44,056 bases of DNA from a virus (IMGVR_UViG_3300030119_000303:1-44056); one strand, 5' to 3'. Shown: positions 34,718 through 43,452, counted from the first letter of the stretch. Notes: generated by a model not told the origin, from the sequence alone. Numbers and translations are program-made.

Positions 34718-36601
34718 CTAATAACCATCATTAGCTTCTAACTTACCTTTAAAGAACTCCGCTTTCTCAGCTAAGGTATCACCCTTAATCTTCTGTGACT
34801 TAATACCTTTAACAAAACTATCAGGTTCACATATAACATAAAGCTCTTCTCTTGCCCTAGTAACACCAGTATATAACAGTTCCCGCTGTAACATAGTAGC
34901 GTGAGTTTGGTGCAGACATAAGAATACTTTACGCCATTCACTACCTTGTGATTTATGTACAGTCATAGCATAAGATAGCAATAGATTGTTAACTTCACTA
35001 GCAGACTTAAGTTCTACTGTACGCTCAGTATCTTTAAGTTTAACCTTAATAATATGGGAGCACTGCGTAGTTCTTTCTTCTACATCAGTATCAGCTAAGC
35101 TATCTAACATAGCATCTATATCTTGCTCTTCTTCTTCATCCTCTAAGCCAGCAGCCTCTGGGTCTTGGTTACAACCCCAATAATCTAAGAACCTACTAGG
35201 TTGCTGAGGCATCTTACCTAGGTACTTATGATTACGTTCTATTTCTATTATCTCGCCGTCTTCCCTGTCTACTAAGACATAGTCACCTACAGATAGATAG
35301 TGCTTATTAAACCCAGCTACTATCTCATGTGTTAACCTACCGTGCTTACGAGCAATGTGATTAGCTATACCCTTATTGAGTTCAATAGTACCGCAACCTT
35401 TATTATAAGGTATTAGTATTATGTCTTCATCAGGGTTATACGCATCATTATCATAAGCATTAGCAAAGAACTTCATTAAGATAATACAAGCGTTATCAGC
35501 ATTAAGTTTCTTCTTCCAAGGATGTAAGGTTAACTTACCTTCTGTTTTCCATTTAGGAAACTCTTTTACTGGTATAGGCTTACCTGATAATATCCTATGT
35601 GCTAACCTGATAATAGGTGACTCAAGTGCTTGCCTGTATACCTCAGTTAATTCTATTACTGGTAACTCTAGTAACTTATAACCTAATATAGCAGACCCGA
35701 ATACAGGAGGTAACTGGTTAAGGTCACCTATAAATACCCATATAATATCCTTAGGTAAAGCTAATACTATCTCTTTATATAACTCAACAGATAGCATAGA
35801 GGCTTCTTCTACTATTATTACCTTTAGACTAGAGGGTAGTTTATTGCTAGCATTCCTAGCTGGTTCAAACACCCTACTAACTCTCTTTTCCCCAGTCTCT
35901 TCGTTAATAATAGTCTTATCAACAGGCTGGTACTCAAGTAGTTTATGGGAAGTAATACAGTTATGCTTCATATCTTCCGACTGTACTTTACGTATGTTAT
36001 TAACAGCTCTTCTTGTGTAAGAGATAATAACAGCCCCAGGGGTACCGCTAGTAAGGTGCTTATGCGGAGCGTCTTCTGATATAGTAAGTACGCCAGCTAC
36101 ACCGGATTGTATTAAGTTATTAAGACCCCCCTTAGTAGCAGTTGTTTTACCAGTACCAGCAGCACCTATTAAGACACATGATTTACCTTTACCTAATGTA
36201 GTAACAAACTCTTCTTGTCTTTCATTATAGGTAATAACTTCACCGTTCATACCAGTAGTAGTATTAGCACCTAATGTTTCAGGTGGGGATATAGGTAATA
36301 CTTTATCCTGTGGTGGTATTTCTTCCTTCTCTTCCTTAAGCTTCTTTTCTTCCTTGTACTTAGCTAGTGCAGCAGCTAACCTATCCTTAGAAGATACTTC
36401 CTTTTCTGGTTTAGTCTTCTCTTCCGCTTGCTTATTAGCTAATGCTTTAGCAGCTAAGTTAGCCCGTACCCTTTCCTTAATAGACAGTGCCTTATGCTTA
36501 GCTAACTGAGGTTCTTCTTTAGGTACTTCTTTATTAGCCTCAGCTTCTTCCTTAGCTTTCTGCAATTTACGGGCTTCTATTATAGCTTTAATATCAGCCA
36601 T
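34718..36601 (-). CDS. RecD/Dda-like SF1B DNA helicase
   Basis: GAAGTGKT, VEEASM, IGDLNQLPPV, LTEVYRQ, YAMTVHKSQGSEW and LLYTGVTRA; ~120-aa charged N-terminal extension. Confidence 0.93.
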   Translation of the reverse strand: MADIKAIIEARKLQKAKEEAEANKEVPKEEPQLAKHKALSIKERVRANLAAKALANKQAEEKTKPEKEVSSKDRLAAALAKYKEEKKLKEEKEEIPPQDKVLPISPPETLGANTTTGMNGEVITYNERQEEFVTTLGKGKSCVLIGAAGTGKTTATKGGLNNLIQSGVAGVLTISEDAPHKHLTSGTPGAVIISYTRRAVNNIRKVQSEDMKHNCITSHKLLEYQPVDKTIINEETGEKRVSRVFEPARNASNKLPSSLKVIIVEEASMLSVELYKEIVLALPKDIIWVFIGDLNQLPPVFGSAILGYKLLELPVIELTEVYRQALESPIIRLAHRILSGKPIPVKEFPKWKTEGKLTLHPWKKKLNADNACIILMKFFANAYDNDAYNPDEDIILIPYNKGCGTIELNKGIANHIARKHGRLTHEIVAGFNKHYLSVGDYVLVDREDGEIIEIERNHKYLGKMPQQPSRFLDYWGCNQDPEAAGLEDEEEEQDIDAMLDSLADTDVEERTTQCSHIIKVKLKDTERTVELKSASEVNNLLLSYAMTVHKSQGSEWRKVFLCLHQTHATMLQRELLYTGVTRAREELYVICEPDSFVKGIKSQKIKGDTLAEKAEFFKGKLEANDGY

Positions 36602-36603
36602 TA

Positions 36604-37593
36604 CTAACTCCTCTTACTTAAGTTGTATGCTATCTTAGCTTTAAGGTACTCACCCTTAGTAGCATAGTTAATTTGTTTAGGTTCTTCTGCCGGAGCGCTA
36701 GCTATTACATCATTAACTAACTTATCGTTAGCTTCAATAGACTTCTTAGCAGCTGCAGCCTTCTCTAAGCTAGAAGTACTCATAGACATAGATAACTGTG
36801 CATCTAAATCTAGTAGTGAAGAACCAAGTATATTGATTTGGTTATTGATACCTTCTTTAAGACAATCCATTACCTCAGAATAATGTAAGCTATCTAACTC
36901 TAAGTTAGTTTCACAGTGTTCCTTTATCTCTTTAAGAGTTGTGGAATCTACATTAAATATCTTCTTAGGATTAAAGCAGTACCTAATAGCTTTCTTCCAT
37001 TCTTCTACTCTATCAGCAGGGAAGTTACTAGCCATTGCTGCCCAATCTGCTATTAGTGTTACGTACTGAGGTGCCTGCTTATCAGACAATACTAAGTAAG
37101 TAAGCTTATTCTGTACAGCCATTAACTTAGCATGGTCAGTAAGAGATGCTTGCTTATTCTTAAATTCCTCAATATTATCTCGCCAAGCCCGCACCCAATT
37201 ATGGATGTTATCTAAGCTACTATTATCTACGTTAACTACAAACCTAGGTTGTTTAAACTTAGGGTGTTCAATAATAGCTGTCTGCTCAAGTGAAGCTACT
37301 AGTCTGTTAATGGTGTTAGCTATGTAAGACTGACCTCTAACAGAATTCCACTCTAGTGTTACTGGTACTCGCCAAGTTACCTTACCTGATAAGTTTAATA
37401 AGGCTAGGAATAGTAAGTATGATTCCTTATTACTACATTCGCCTTTAGCATATAACTTATAGGTAGCTAATAACTGTTTCTTGTTAGCAGCAAAGATAGG
37501 ATGAATATATCCACCTTGAGAACTAACATTTAACTTACTAAACTCAGGCAGTATTATTTTTATACCTGATATAGCACAGGTTATTTTAGCCAT
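36604..37593 (-). CDS. Hypothetical protein upstream of helicase
   Basis: 329-aa ORF coupled to the helicase; function unknown. Confidence 0.8.
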   Translation of the reverse strand: MAKITCAISGIKIILPEFSKLNVSSQGGYIHPIFAANKKQLLATYKLYAKGECSNKESYLLFLALLNLSGKVTWRVPVTLEWNSVRGQSYIANTINRLVASLEQTAIIEHPKFKQPRFVVNVDNSSLDNIHNWVRAWRDNIEEFKNKQASLTDHAKLMAVQNKLTYLVLSDKQAPQYVTLIADWAAMASNFPADRVEEWKKAIRYCFNPKKIFNVDSTTLKEIKEHCETNLELDSLHYSEVMDCLKEGINNQINILGSSLLDLDAQLSMSMSTSSLEKAAAAKKSIEANDKLVNDVIASAPAEEPKQINYATKGEYLKAKIAYNLSKRS

Positions 37594-37605
37594 AGGAATA
37601 TTCCT
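37594..37605. promoter_or_regulatory. Palindrome AGGAATATTCCT containing the SD of 36604..37593
   Basis: Perfect 12-bp palindrome abutting the ATG; repeated at 39571-39582, with a variant at 41480-41491. Confidence 0.6.
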
Positions 37606-37611
37606 TGTTTA

Positions 37612-37809
37612 CTAGTTACGTTTGTTTACAGAGTTATATACATATATCAGCACTAGAAATAAGTACATAGTCGCGGATACATGTAACACTTCACTGTCAA
37701 TAGTAGTAGCTAATACCAGTAAGATAAGCAGTGTGTCTAGTAATATTAAATCTACAAACACTTTGTAATTATCCACTAGCTTACTAATTTTGCTGCATAG
37801 ACTTCTCAT
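37612..37809 (-). CDS. Small two-TM membrane protein
   Basis: Two hydrophobic stretches; AGGA RBS. Confidence 0.55.
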   Translation of the reverse strand: MRSLCSKISKLVDNYKVFVDLILLDTLLILLVLATTIDSEVLHVSATMYLFLVLIYVYNSVNKRN

Positions 37810-38206
37810 ATTCTATTTCCTGCTCTTCTGTTAATAGGTCATTGAGATAAGCGTAGTTCTTAGCTTTGTTAATAATCTCTACATTTACATGTGTAAAGTC
37901 ATTACTAGCTATTGCCTCTTGCCATAAGGTATAACAATCAGCCTCACTAATAGTGTCGCTATTAGCATCGCTAGTTACTTCTTCAGGGCTACCTAGTTGC
38001 GTTAACATATCAGGCTTATCTACAGTGCTATGACTAGGCTTAATAGCGCCTGCCTTAATCTTAGCTACAAAGGGTGCTAGCTTACCAATAGCAACTAATG
38101 CTAGCGGGTGGTTATTAGTGGCGAATTCGCGAGTAACTAGGTTAGATAAATACTCTAGTGTTTCCGCGTCTAATGATGGACGATATTTAGCTTTACTTGT
38201 GCTCAT
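37784..38206 (-). CDS. Hypothetical protein
   Basis: AAGGAG RBS; ATGA overlap with the upstream gene. Confidence 0.75.
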   Translation of the reverse strand: MSTSKAKYRPSLDAETLEYLSNLVTREFATNNHPLALVAIGKLAPFVAKIKAGAIKPSHSTVDKPDMLTQLGSPEEVTSDANSDTISEADCYTLWQEAIASNDFTHVNVEIINKAKNYAYLNDLLTEEQEIEYEKSMQQN

Positions 38207-38733
38207 TTATTTAGCTCCTTATAAATATCAGTTAGTTTAAATAGCATAGGGTACAAGAAAGCAGTACTTTGATTATTAACTATAGAGGTTATAGAAGTTT
38301 CAAGTACTCTATACTGGATACCAGTACGCTTGTTAACTAATTTAATAAGTACCCTTTTATGCTTACCTGAGTTTTGTATAGTATCTATCCTCAAAACAAA
38401 AGGTATATCTTTTAAGTAGTCCTCAGCTAAGATATTAATTATATCTTCTGCTAGCAGGTGGCTAGTATCATGCGCTACATGAAAAGGCATCTTACCTTTA
38501 AGCTTAGAGCTAAGAAATATGCTATGCCAGTTGTTTATTATGTTAGTATTGAGATTAACATGATAAGCAACCTCATTAGAATTAATGGGCTTAATGTTTA
38601 TCTTAGAGGGACTACTAACTACTATCCAACAGACAGGCTTATCTGTGTCCTTATTAGCCTTATAACAATCATGCTTAATACGTCTGGCTGTTAGGTACTT
38701 GCTTATACAGTGGCTTTGCAATTCTGTTAACAT
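38203..38733 (-). CDS. Hypothetical protein
   Basis: AGGAG RBS. Confidence 0.7.
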   Translation of the reverse strand: MLTELQSHCISKYLTARRIKHDCYKANKDTDKPVCWIVVSSPSKINIKPINSNEVAYHVNLNTNIINNWHSIFLSSKLKGKMPFHVAHDTSHLLAEDIINILAEDYLKDIPFVLRIDTIQNSGKHKRVLIKLVNKRTGIQYRVLETSITSIVNNQSTAFLYPMLFKLTDIYKELNK

Positions 38734-38735
38734 GA

Positions 38736-39569
38736 TTACGCTCCTGCTTTAAATAGATATCTATAGTAATTACTAGGTGCTAACACCTTAGTATGTAATA
38801 GGTTAAGATACTGATAAGCATCTGCTGCTGATACGTTATGCTTATTTAAGAAAGGTAACGTGGCTAGTTGCTTATCAGTTAGCAGGCTAGCATTAGTTAT
38901 ACGCTTATTTCTGTTAACATAAGAAAAATTGTAAGTACTATTAGATAAGGAATTCCCCATAGCATAGTACATAGAATCAACTACAGCTTCAGCTATAGAG
39001 TTTATATTTAACAGTTCATATGAACTTAGTTTATAGCGAGGACTTAGTTTATAGCTAGTACTGTAAAACGTCTTTTCTTCTAACAAGGTAGCTAGCATAA
39101 AAGGGAATAGCTTACCTGTTAGTATATGAGAACCTATTAAACAAGCAGCATAACCACAAGCTGTATGCTCAGCATACCAAGTAACCATATCAAACTTTTT
39201 ACCTTGTAGGTACTTAGGTTTATGTACTAACCTGTTATGCTTAGCTTCTATTCTCATAGTATGAGTTAGTGTACCTAGCATAGCTTTAGTTAGTGTTATG
39301 TTAGGTATATAATAACCTTGTCCTTCAGTGCTGCCTTTCACCCATACTTTATGTTGCTCTCCACTATACAGCTTAACAAGTGCATCATAGTTATCTACTA
39401 AGTAATGAGTAATACCGTTTACTCTAGCTTTTAGTTGTGTATAGTAGCTATCGTACTTACTACCAGTTGCTTCGGGGCTAAAGTTAGCAGCATTCACAGG
39501 GTACTTATTATATAAGCTACTAGCCAGTGAAGATAGTGATGGTGCTGGTTTATTAATATCTAGTTTCAT
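38736..39569 (-). CDS. Hypothetical early protein with FDM..W...CG.AAC..G motif
   Basis: Cys motif ACGYAACLIG; SD lies in the palindrome at 39571-39582. Confidence 0.75.
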   Translation of the reverse strand: MKLDINKPAPSLSSLASSLYNKYPVNAANFSPEATGSKYDSYYTQLKARVNGITHYLVDNYDALVKLYSGEQHKVWVKGSTEGQGYYIPNITLTKAMLGTLTHTMRIEAKHNRLVHKPKYLQGKKFDMVTWYAEHTACGYAACLIGSHILTGKLFPFMLATLLEEKTFYSTSYKLSPRYKLSSYELLNINSIAEAVVDSMYYAMGNSLSNSTYNFSYVNRNKRITNASLLTDKQLATLPFLNKHNVSAADAYQYLNLLHTKVLAPSNYYRYLFKAGA

Positions 39570-39597
39570 TAGGAATATTCCTTATTGGTTTATGTGG

Positions 39598-40065
39598 TTA
39601 GGAAAAGTATTCTGATTTATTAACATTCTCAGCGTACATTCTGTAACACTTAGCGCTACGAGTAGTAATAACTTTTTCATATAACAAGTTGTCAATAAAT
39701 GCGAATCTAAACTCATTAGGTTCAAAAGATGTACTGGAATTTCGCTTACAGCCATCATGACTTATTTGTAAGTCTACTAACTTATTATACTGTTCACTAG
39801 TATATACACTTTTTCTCCAGCCTTGTTTAAGAAGTGCGCTAACATTACCTTCATAGTTACCATACGCTTTTAACTCTGGCTTAGTCATAATGTGGCCAAT
39901 AGCACAATGTAGAGAACTATCTTCACTACTAGTATATTGGCATACAAACTTAGTTTCATTTTTGCTAGCGTATATATCAGGTATATCACTACCGCTACGC
40001 TTACCTTGCTTAATGGTAGCTATAATAGCTTTGTGTAACTCTTTCATAAACTTAGAATGTTTCAT
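39598..40065 (-). CDS. Hypothetical early protein with C.Y...CAIG...LQ..HD motif
   Basis: CQY, HCAIG, YEG and LQISHD pattern seen in uncharacterised phage proteins. Confidence 0.75.
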   Translation of the reverse strand: MKHSKFMKELHKAIIATIKQGKRSGSDIPDIYASKNETKFVCQYTSSEDSSLHCAIGHIMTKPELKAYGNYEGNVSALLKQGWRKSVYTSEQYNKLVDLQISHDGCKRNSSTSFEPNEFRFAFIDNLLYEKVITTRSAKCYRMYAENVNKSEYFS

Positions 40066-40460
40066 AGGTTGTTATCCTTATCCTTAGGTATACAGTGAAT
40101 ACTAATAGTTGCTTTAGGGTATGTCATTCTTAACTTATAAACTAACTTTAATAGTTCAGTACAGTATACTACGTTACGATAGTGTGCAGAGGCGTTAATT
40201 GGTAGTTTAGGTTTAGTTTTAACATGTTCGGTCTCGTGCCACCCAAACAATATACGTGAGCGTACATTAATTACTACCTTCTTATTAGGTTTTGGACAAC
40301 CTTTAATTACAATATCTAACTCTTCTAAACAGCTTCTTACCAGTGAGTTAATATGACTCTTGTTTATGTGTGATGGTATTAAATCACTATAACCAGTACA
40401 AGCTTTAACAATAGAAGTTAGGTCACCCATTGCCTTACCCCAATCATTATAAGTTAACAT
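40062..40460 (-). CDS. Hypothetical early protein
   Basis: AAGGAG RBS. Confidence 0.7.
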   Translation of the reverse strand: MLTYNDWGKAMGDLTSIVKACTGYSDLIPSHINKSHINSLVRSCLEELDIVIKGCPKPNKKVVINVRSRILFGWHETEHVKTKPKLPINASAHYRNVVYCTELLKLVYKLRMTYPKATISIHCIPKDKDNNL

Positions 40461-40482
40461 CGCTATTCTCCTTATCCTTAGG

Positions 40483-40755
40483 TTATATATCTAGGCTACC
40501 TTGCTTAAAGAACACTAACTCAATACAAGCCTCAGTTAGTTTAGTATAAGCTCTTGGTAACAGGTCTCTGCCAGCTTCATGCTTAGTCTTACTAATTGCT
40601 AAGGTTATCTCTTTATACTGGTTAGGATTACCATTAACAGACACAATTACAATAAGATACCTAGGGGAACTATGCTGTAGTTGTATGTTACATTTAAAAG
40701 CCTTAGCAATAGCAGCTAGCTGTAATGTATGTCTCTTATATATTTTATTAGTCAT
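40483..40755 (-). CDS. Hypothetical early protein
   Basis: AGGA RBS. Confidence 0.7.
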   Translation of the reverse strand: MTNKIYKRHTLQLAAIAKAFKCNIQLQHSSPRYLIVIVSVNGNPNQYKEITLAISKTKHEAGRDLLPRAYTKLTEACIELVFFKQGSLDI

Positions 40756-40767
40756 GATTATTATATC

Positions 40768-41118
40768 CTATTCGTAGTAATCAGTAGTATTTAGATTTAA
40801 ATTCAACTCACTAGTATATGCTACGCACTTTTCAGTACAGTCATAAATACCTTTAATTAACATTATTATATCAGCTACTATAGCATTCTTTGCCTCTAGT
40901 AAGTTATCTTCACTACTAAGTACACTAGTAGATAATACAGCACAATGAAATAACTTAAACTTAGCCTTAGCACTAAATATGTTTATATAAATATTATTCT
41001 CTGGTACTGAGATTACTTTATACTCCATAGTTATGTTTATTTTCCTGCTAAACTGATTGTTAATTGAAGCTAGTTCTGAGGTTATTAAATCTGTTAACTT
41101 AGTAATTGGTTGCTTCAT
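40768..41118 (-). CDS. Hypothetical early protein, paralog of 41122..41478
   Basis: Near-ungapped similarity to the adjacent ORF (I.SA...FKL.H.A...T....SED). Confidence 0.8.
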   Translation of the reverse strand: MKQPITKLTDLITSELASINNQFSRKINITMEYKVISVPENNIYINIFSAKAKFKLFHCAVLSTSVLSSEDNLLEAKNAIVADIIMLIKGIYDCTEKCVAYTSELNLNLNTTDYYE

Positions 41119-41121
41119 TAT

Positions 41122-41478
41122 TTATACTCCCTTATAATCAGCAGCAGTATTTAATGCCACCACTGTCTTTTTATAACGTGACTTAATATTATCAGCACAG
41201 ATGTTAGCATTATACATACTTACAATCAGGTCATTGCATATACTATTAGCTACTATCAACATGCTATCTTCACTCATATACGCATTAGTAGCTATGTTAG
41301 CTGAGTGCTCTAATTTAAATCCGTTACTAGCGCTATATATAACTATGTTCAAGGTCTTATTAGCTATGTTAACCATGCTATAACCAAAGCTAATAGATAA
41401 GTCTTTTTCAAAGTTTTCTTTTGTTACATCTAGCTTATTACTTAGCGCCTGTATTAAATCATGCATTGATTTCTTCAT
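41122..41478 (-). CDS. Hypothetical early protein, paralog of 40768..41118
   Basis: Same shared motifs; AAGGA RBS within a hairpin. Confidence 0.8.
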   Translation of the reverse strand: MKKSMHDLIQALSNKLDVTKENFEKDLSISFGYSMVNIANKTLNIVIYSASNGFKLEHSANIATNAYMSEDSMLIVANSICNDLIVSMYNANICADNIKSRYKKTVVALNTAADYKGV

Positions 41479-41528
41479 TAGGACTATTCCTTATTAGTGT
41501 ATAAAAAGTTTAATTTAGTAAGCGCAGT

Positions 41529-41544
41529 TGGCATACTATTTGCA
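41529..41544 (+). promoter_or_regulatory. Sigma54-type -24/-12 site
   Basis: TGGCA-TACTAT-TTGCA with exact GG-N10-GC spacing. Confidence 0.45.
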
Positions 41545-41558
41545 TGGGAAACCAAAAA

Positions 41559-42055
41559 TTGGCACGGTCTGCCCATATCGACCATTTTACCACATTGCCA
41601 ACCATGTGCAAGTCCTATATCACCCCCTATTTCATGCCCCCTTATACCTATATACTACCTATATATGGGACTACTATATACTAGCTAACCACCTGTTACT
41701 AGGTACTACCTATCTATCAGACTATCTATATAACTGCCTATATATACTACTATCTATCTAACCTATATCTTAACGGGGTATATTTCAGGGGTGTGTATTA
41801 TTTTTTATATATTAATAATAACTATTCTTTACTAATTACTTTTCTTAACACACACCCTTAGACATAGATATAGATAAGCTAGCTAATACAGACTATTAGA
41901 CATACATATAGACTAAGACTGATACATACACTAATTAGGTATAGGCTAGCTAGACAGATACTAATAAGGACATACCCACAAAAGCACCCCCATTCACCCC
42001 ATAATTTGGGCGTTGGCAATGTGTCACTTTGGTAATAATTGTCATATCGTGCCAA
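41559..42055. other. Dyad-symmetric non-coding element, candidate replication origin
   Basis: Inverted 44-bp boxes TTGGCACG-N24-CACATTGCCAAC at both ends; inner GGGTGTGT/ACACACCC flanking a ~53-bp AT-rich core. Confidence 0.6.
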
Positions 42056-42161
42056 AAAGCTCTACAAGCTAATATAAGACTATAAAACTAGCTAGCTAAT
42101 ATAAACCTATTAAGGCTGTCAAATAACTTCTTAGGATGGATTACAGGAAAGATACAGGCAC

Positions 42162-42187
42162 AAAAAAGCCCCGCTATTAACGAGGCT
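42162..42187 (-). terminator. Rho-independent terminator
   Basis: Minus strand AGCCTCG-TTAATAG-CGGGGCT followed by TTTTT. Confidence 0.85.
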
Positions 42188-42210
42188 GATTACTAGGAAC
42201 TAATTACTAT

Positions 42211-42909
42211 TTATAAGAACTCTAAGGTCTCAGTTTCTTTAACTGTATTTTCTAACCTTGTCTTAATCTTAAGGCTAACCTCACTTTCACTAATAAGGCT
42301 AATCACCTTTAATAATGCTTCCTTTTCATCATCTGGAATAACTACTTTAGGACTAGCCAGTGACTTAAACTTATTGCAATAAGCTTTTGCTATTCCTTCT
42401 AATTTGAGAGTCTGGCCGACTTCTAGCGCACTGGCATCATAACCAAGCTTGCCAATAAATGCCTCAATAACAACTGGCTTAACATCGCTAGCGAACCATT
42501 TTTCTACTTGTTCACCAGATAAGCGACCGCTAGTAGCTTTAGCATTCAATAGGCTAATTACATAAGCCATGTCTAGCTTCTCAGTGAAATAGCTTAGCGC
42601 GCCTTGTTTAAGCTCTTTCTTAATATCCTCATCTTCCACACCTTGTAGCCAGCTAATAATGTGCGGCATAAGTTGTTCAATGTTATCTGCTACGCTATCC
42701 GCACTAATATGACGCGTTGGTACGTAACAATACTTACTTTCCGCTTTCTCACCTTTAGCACTAGCGCGACCTAGAAACTTAGCTATTCTCATGCCTTTAA
42801 TTTCTGGGTAGTCTAGCTGGCTGTTATATTCCGCAAATTGACCTGCTTTCATTTCTTGCTTATCCGCACCCGCACTGTTACTTGTTACCGCGTTATCTAA
42901 TGTAATCAT
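42211..42909 (-). CDS. Hypothetical early protein (start probably ATG 42909)
   Basis: AGGTG RBS before ATG 42909; own terminator; weak similarity to 33790..34530. Confidence 0.8.
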   Translation of the reverse strand: MITLDNAVTSNSAGADKQEMKAGQFAEYNSQLDYPEIKGMRIAKFLGRASAKGEKAESKYCYVPTRHISADSVADNIEQLMPHIISWLQGVEDEDIKKELKQGALSYFTEKLDMAYVISLLNAKATSGRLSGEQVEKWFASDVKPVVIEAFIGKLGYDASALEVGQTLKLEGIAKAYCNKFKSLASPKVVIPDDEKEALLKVISLISESEVSLKIKTRLENTVKETETLEFL

Positions 42910-42937
42910 TTTATTCACCTATTGATTGTTAATAATT

Positions 42938-43001
42938 GCCACAATTGGCTGAATGCGTAATTGCATCCGGTTAGTACACTAGTTATTACCAATGCACTAA
43001 C
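42938..43001 (-). promoter_or_regulatory. Structured RNA leader (three consecutive hairpins)
   Basis: 14-bp stem with three G-U pairs that forms only on minus-strand RNA, then 6-bp and 4-bp stems. Confidence 0.55.
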
Positions 43002-43016
43002 AGAAACAATTAGCTA

Positions 43017-43409
43017 CTACCAATTTACGCGAAAATACCTAGCTATTATAAAAGCTAAATCATATAACAAACTAACGCCTTCATTATCTACTAATTCAAT
43101 ATCTACTCGCACTCCCTCAATAGTTTCAATATCTTCCACTAGCTCTACAATATCATCTAGCCTGCTTTCTTTAATATTACCCACACTGTTCACATACCTT
43201 GCACAATGCTCAAATAGTTCTGTGTGTTTACCTGCCGATACTTCCGGTAAAAGGCAATTACTGTTAAGTACCAAGTCATTAACTAGCAACTTAAAGTTAA
43301 GGGCGCTTATTGTTCTGTTTACTACTTGAGCCATAGTAAAGTTATTGCTTGTCACTGCAAAGCCTAGCTGTTCACATTGGTTACTTTTCATGTTATCCAC
43401 CTTATTCAT
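43017..43409 (-). CDS. Hypothetical first early protein
   Basis: First ORF after the right repeat; start may be ATG 43391 (AAGGTGG RBS). Confidence 0.7.
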   Translation of the reverse strand: MNKVDNMKSNQCEQLGFAVTSNNFTMAQVVNRTISALNFKLLVNDLVLNSNCLLPEVSAGKHTELFEHCARYVNSVGNIKESRLDDIVELVEDIETIEGVRVDIELVDNEGVSLLYDLAFIIARYFRVNW

Positions 43410-43452
43410 TCACTATTCATTCATGCTTATTGAGCACTATTATCCCGCCACA

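Noticed and set aside
41497-41761. Two + strand ORFs in the candidate origin region
   Set aside because: Non-ATG starts and Tyr/Ile/Leu-rich translations arising from low-complexity DNA.
42095-42122. TTGACA on the minus strand as a sigma70 promoter
   Set aside because: No acceptable -10 hexamer at 16-18 nt spacing, so not called, though activator-dependent use is possible.
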